Shown here piece by piece: positions 60,045 to 64,000 of a stretch of 64,000 nucleotides of DNA. The position numbers and the translations under genes were made by a program. Location of the stretch: NCBI GenBank assembly GCA_963816185.1, contig CAWFJJ010000001.1, positions 192,001 to 256,000 of the forward strand, in the 5' to 3' direction. The notes beneath the pieces are model-generated. The model had not been told where the DNA came from. It did no database searches and saw only the letters and a list, made by a program, of their open reading frames with translations. The number at the start of each line of letters is the position of its first letter. The stretch's first letter is position 1. The DNA comes from Thermoanaerobaculia bacterium (GTDB taxonomy: Bacteria > Acidobacteriota > Thermoanaerobaculia > UBA5066).

Positions 60045-60458
60045 TCAGCCCCGAGCGCCCATGACGCGCATGAAGAGCGCGACGCCCGCGCCCCACGCGC
60101 CGTTCAGGAGAAGCGCGCCAACGAGGAGGTCCGGCTTCCAGCCGCCGCCCACGGGCAGGCCCTTGAGCGGGAAGACGACGAAGAGCGCGACGAGCGTGGG
60201 CAGGATCGCCCCGAGGAGGATCGCGCGAATCCAGAGGCGCGATCCCTTGGCGCCGCGAATCATGAGCCAGAGCGCGATTCCCCAGAGGCCGCCCCAGAAG
60301 GCGAGCGAGAGCACCGACGGGATTCCGAGCGGCGGGACGGGCGTCATCACCCACGGCTTACGTGCGGTCATGCCCGCGCCGTGAAGGATCGCGAGAACGC
60401 CCTGGTGGAAGACGAGCGTCGAGAGAAACCCGGCGAGGAATGCTTTGGCGGTCGTCAT
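60045..60458 (-). CDS. Small membrane protein (4 TM)
   Basis: FLAGFLSTLVFHQG, PVPPLGIP, AFWGGLWG and NGAWG; uniformly hydrophobic. Confidence 0.8.
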   Translation of the reverse strand: MTTAKAFLAGFLSTLVFHQGVLAILHGAGMTARKPWVMTPVPPLGIPSVLSLAFWGGLWGIALWLMIRGAKGSRLWIRAILLGAILPTLVALFVVFPLKGLPVGGGWKPDLLVGALLLNGAWGAGVALFMRVMGARG

Positions 60459-60548
60459 CCGTCAACTCTATCGCAGGGCGAAGAGACTAGAATTCGCCCC
60501 GAAACCGACCTGACGCTTTCGCGTGAGGCGCGTGGAGGGGCTCGCCTG

Positions 60549-63500
60549 ATGGGAAAGATCACGGCTCTTTGTCTGGCCCTCGGCCTGGCCGCGCCGGCGT
60601 GTAACCTCGCGGCGTCCGAGCCGACTCAATCCGCGGGCGTCATCGATCCCGCGCTCTTCTCGGACCTTCGATGGCGCTCGATCGGTCCCTTTCGCGGCGG
60701 GCGCGTCCTGGCCGTGGCCGGCGTGCCCGGAGAGATGGCGCACTTCTACTTCGGCGGCGTCAACGGCGGCGTGTGGGAGACGAACGATGCGGGCCGGACC
60801 TGGCGGCCGATCTTCGACGCCCAGCCGGTCGGCTCCATCGGCGCGCTCGCGCTCGCGCCTTCGGACCCGAAGGTGATCTACGTGGGCACCGGCGAGGCCG
60901 ACATGCGCTCCGACATCGCCCAGGGCGACGGGATGTACAAGTCCGTCGACGGCGGAAAGACCTTCTCTCACATCGGGCTCGGCGACTCGCAGCAGATCGG
61001 AAGGATTCTGGTCGACCCGCGTGACGCGGATCGGGTTCTGGTCGCGGCCCTCGGCCACCCCTACGGCCCGAACACCGAGCGCGGCGTTTTTCTCTCGCGC
61101 GACGGGGGACGGATCTGGCAACGGGTGCTTTACCGAGACGAGAACACCGGCGCCATCGATCTCGCGTTCAAGCCGGGCGATCCCCGCGTCGTGTACGCGG
61201 CTCTCTGGCAGACCCGCCGGCCGCCATGGAACGTTTACCCGCCGTCACACGGGCCGGGGAGCGGCCTTTACAAATCGACGGACGGCGGGGGCACCTGGAC
61301 GGAGGTCCGGGGGGGCGGCTTTCCGGCCGATCCGGGCCGCATCGGGCTCGCCATGGCTCCCAGCCAGCCCGACCGCGTCTACGCGATCGTGGACGCCGGG
61401 CGCGGCGGTCTCTACCGCTCGGACGACGACGGCGCAACCTGGACGTTGACGAGCGACGATCCGCGGATCTGGGGACGCGGCTGGTACTTCGGCGGAATCG
61501 CGGTCGAGCCGCGCGACGCCGACGTCGTCTACGCGTGCAACACCTCGGTCTATCGGTCGCAGGACGGCGGCCGCACGTTCGCACCGATCAAGGGAGCTCC
61601 TGGCGGGGACGATTATCACGAGCTCTGGATCGACCCCGAGCACCCCGAGCGCCGCATGCTCGGCGTCGACCAGGGCGCTCTCGTGTCGCTGAACGGCGGC
61701 GAGACCTGGAGCTCCTGGTACAACCAGCCGACCGGGCAGTTCTATCGAATCGCGACCGACAACCGCTTCCCCTACTGGATCTATGGCTCGCAGCAGGACT
61801 CGGGCGCGGCCGCCGTTCCCAGCCGGACGACCCAGCGCGACGGGATCAACCTGATGCAGTTCCGCATGGTCACGGTGGGCGGGGAGAACGACTCGCTCGC
61901 TCCCGATCCGTCGGACCCGGACGTCGTCTTCGGAGGCCGCGTCGCGAAGCTCGACCTGAAGACCCAGCAGACGCACACGCTCGATCCGACCCTGGCGTTT
62001 CCCGGACGCCACCGGTCGGTCTGGACCCTGCCGCTCGTCTTCTCGCGGCACAACCCGCGCGTCCTCTACTTCGCGCACCAGCAGCTCTTCCGTACCGCGG
62101 ACAGCGGCCAGACCTGGAGCGCGATCAGCCCGGATCTCACGCGCGAGGACGCCGGCGCGCCTCCGAACCTCGACCCCATCACGGCCGCCTGGGACGGCGG
62201 GACGGGCGGACGGCGCGGCGTCATCTACGCGATCGCCCCGTCGCGCGTGGTCGACCGGGACATCTGGGTCGGCACGGACGACGGCCTCATCTGGCGCAGC
62301 CTCGACGAGGGCGGCCACTGGTCCGACATCACGCCCCAGGCCGTCGGCGCGTGGTCGAAGGTCACGATGCTCGAGGTCTCGCACACCGATCGGGACACCG
62401 CCTGGGCGGCCGTCGATCGGCATCGCCTCGACGATTTCGCGCCTTACGTCTATCGGACGGTGGACGGCGGCAAGAGCTGGACGCCTTCGGTCAACGGCAT
62501 TCCCCGCGGCAGCTTCGTCAACGCGGTGCGCGAGGACCCCGTTCGCCCCGGCCTCCTTTACGCCGGCACCGAGAAGGGCGTGTCCATCTCGTTCGACGGC
62601 GGCGACTCCTGGCAGTCGCTCCAGCTCAACCTCCCGGTGACCTCGGTGCGCGATATCGACGTGCACGGTGACGACGTGGTGATCGCAACGCACGGTCGCG
62701 GTCTCTGGATCCTGGACGACGCCACGCCGCTCCGGCAGGCCGAGCCCGGCCTTGGACGCAGCGAGCCCTCGCTTTTCACCCCTGCAACCGCCGTGCGCAT
62801 GCGGCCGGCCGGGTTCACGGGCACGCCTCTGCCGAAGGACGAGCCGAGAGGCGAGAATCCGCCGCTCGGCGCCATGCTCGACTACGTTCTGGATCACGTG
62901 CCGGCAGGGCCCGTGACGCTCAGCATCCTCGACGAAAAAGGCGATCTCGTGCGCCGCTACAGCAGTACCGACAAGCTTCCGGCATTGAGTCGCGAGGAGC
63001 GCCGCCTCGCTCCGGAGTGGCTCAAGCCTCCCGTGGTGCTTCCCGCGACGCCGGGGATGCATCGCTTCGTCTGGCCGCTCCGCTATCCGGCCCCGCCGGC
63101 GCTCGCACGTGGAAACACGTTCGCGGACGGCGTCTGGGCGCCGCCGGGCCGCTACATCGTGGAGCTCGACGCCGACGGACGGCGCGTCACGCGCCCGCTC
63201 GTCGTCGAGCCCGATCCCCGCGTCGTCCTCGAACCCGCCGCCTACGGCCGGCAGTTCGAGCTGGCGAGGCGCGTGGAGAGGGCGCGTGAGTCGGTTGCCG
63301 TCGCGATGAAGGAAGCCGAGGGGCTCCACAAGCAGCTCGTCGCGCGGGCCGCCGCCTTGCCGGCCCCCGCCCCGCCGGCCGCCGCTTCGCGGGCCGCCGC
63401 CGCGCGCCCCGTCAGTCCCGCGGTTTCTCTTTCCCGGGCGATGTCGGCCCTCGACGCGGAAGCACAAGCGCTTTCCGAGCGGGAAGAGCCGGACCCGCGG

Positions 63501-63743
63501 TCGATGCCCCCGCCCCCGACGAGCCTTTCCAGCCTCCGCTTTCTCGAAGGCGCGCTCTCGAGGCTGGCTTCGGCCGTGGACGGCGCGGACGCCGATCCGA
63601 CTCCGGACGCCAAAGCGGGGCTCGCCGCGCTCGAGACGACGCTCACGAAGACGCTCGCCTCGTGGGAGACGCTGAAGGCGGGGCGTCTCGCGGCGCTGAA
63701 CGCCAAGCTGCGTCAGGCCGGCGAGGCGGCCATCGGGCCGTAG
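60549..63743 (+). CDS. Secreted VPS10/BNR-repeat (sialidase-like) glycosyl hydrolase
   Basis: LRWRSIGPFRGGR start, many SxDGGxTW Asp-boxes, GGDDYHELWIDP and ATHGRGLW; start ATG 60549. Confidence 0.88.
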   Translation: MGKITALCLALGLAAPACNLAASEPTQSAGVIDPALFSDLRWRSIGPFRGGRVLAVAGVPGEMAHFYFGGVNGGVWETNDAGRTWRPIFDAQPVGSIGALALAPSDPKVIYVGTGEADMRSDIAQGDGMYKSVDGGKTFSHIGLGDSQQIGRILVDPRDADRVLVAALGHPYGPNTERGVFLSRDGGRIWQRVLYRDENTGAIDLAFKPGDPRVVYAALWQTRRPPWNVYPPSHGPGSGLYKSTDGGGTWTEVRGGGFPADPGRIGLAMAPSQPDRVYAIVDAGRGGLYRSDDDGATWTLTSDDPRIWGRGWYFGGIAVEPRDADVVYACNTSVYRSQDGGRTFAPIKGAPGGDDYHELWIDPEHPERRMLGVDQGALVSLNGGETWSSWYNQPTGQFYRIATDNRFPYWIYGSQQDSGAAAVPSRTTQRDGINLMQFRMVTVGGENDSLAPDPSDPDVVFGGRVAKLDLKTQQTHTLDPTLAFPGRHRSVWTLPLVFSRHNPRVLYFAHQQLFRTADSGQTWSAISPDLTREDAGAPPNLDPITAAWDGGTGGRRGVIYAIAPSRVVDRDIWVGTDDGLIWRSLDEGGHWSDITPQAVGAWSKVTMLEVSHTDRDTAWAAVDRHRLDDFAPYVYRTVDGGKSWTPSVNGIPRGSFVNAVREDPVRPGLLYAGTEKGVSISFDGGDSWQSLQLNLPVTSVRDIDVHGDDVVIATHGRGLWILDDATPLRQAEPGLGRSEPSLFTPATAVRMRPAGFTGTPLPKDEPRGENPPLGAMLDYVLDHVPAGPVTLSILDEKGDLVRRYSSTDKLPALSREERRLAPEWLKPPVVLPATPGMHRFVWPLRYPAPPALARGNTFADGVWAPPGRYIVELDADGRRVTRPLVVEPDPRVVLEPAAYGRQFELARRVERARESVAVAMKEAEGLHKQLVARAAALPAPAPPAAASRAAAARPVSPAVSLSRAMSALDAEAQALSEREEPDPRSMPPPPTSLSSLRFLEGALSRLASAVDGADADPTPDAKAGLAALETTLTKTLASWETLKAGRLAALNAKLRQAGEAAIGP

Positions 63744-63762
63744 GGCGATCGTCGAGCGATCC

Positions 63763-64000
63763 TCATGCCGCGCCGGAGTACAGGAAACGCTTGATCTTCT
63801 TCGTCGGCGTCTTCTGGAACTCCTCCGAATAGACGTCGATCTTCGCGATCGAGGCGTACGGCGGGAGGATCCGGTTCAGCGCGAGGCGGTTCCTCTCCAT
63901 CCGCAAGACGAGCTCGCGCTCGTCGAGCCGTAACTGGTCGACCCGCTCGAGGTCGGGGTAGACGAGCGCGAAGAGCTTTCCGTTCCGCTCGAGCACGAGG
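63763..64000 (-). CDS. Long-chain acyl-CoA synthetase, C-terminal end (partial)
   Basis: ALVYPD...LNRILPPY...EEFQKTPTKKIKRF, typical of an AMP-binding enzyme C-terminus. Confidence 0.8.
   Translation of the reverse strand, partial: LVLERNGKLFALVYPDLERVDQLRLDERELVLRMERNRLALNRILPPYASIAKIDVYSEEFQKTPTKKIKRFLYSGAA

Overview
GC-rich bacterial DNA. Gene content and C-terminal domain types suggest Acidobacteriota, class Thermoanaerobaculia (inference, not a database result). Several genes between 3 and 34.5 kb carry single-base frameshifts, most likely long-read errors. There are four blocks. (1) 0.3-28.7 kb is a cell-surface locus. The wzm and wzt glycan ABC exporter genes are separated by an FG-GAP lipoprotein, a strongly expressed ~581 aa secreted protein (S-layer candidate) and a ~1700 aa PKD protein. 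Downstream lie WsaF-like and GT2 glycosyltransferases, two methyltransferases, a GNAT, a PIG-L deacetylase and two GT-C-like membrane proteins. Together this looks like an S-layer glycosylation system. (2) holB and tmk. (3) 30.4-43.8 kb is a signalling locus: PDZ-membrane-GAF-PP2C, TPR protein, GAF sigma54 activator with a non-canonical GVATGV loop, a sigma54 promoter with enhancer-like sites, RsbW/RsbV/RsbU-like partner-switching genes, a double aspartyl protease and pcm. A large ICL2-type isocitrate lyase interrupts it. (4) 43.8-64 kb holds selenocysteine formate dehydrogenase (fdnGHI, fdhE), a PadR cassette, aguAB, peptidases, a peroxiredoxin, and GH105 and VPS10-type hydrolases. Many genes appear leaderless, including very compact head-to-head pairs. 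No rRNA, tRNA, CRISPR array or transposase was recognised.
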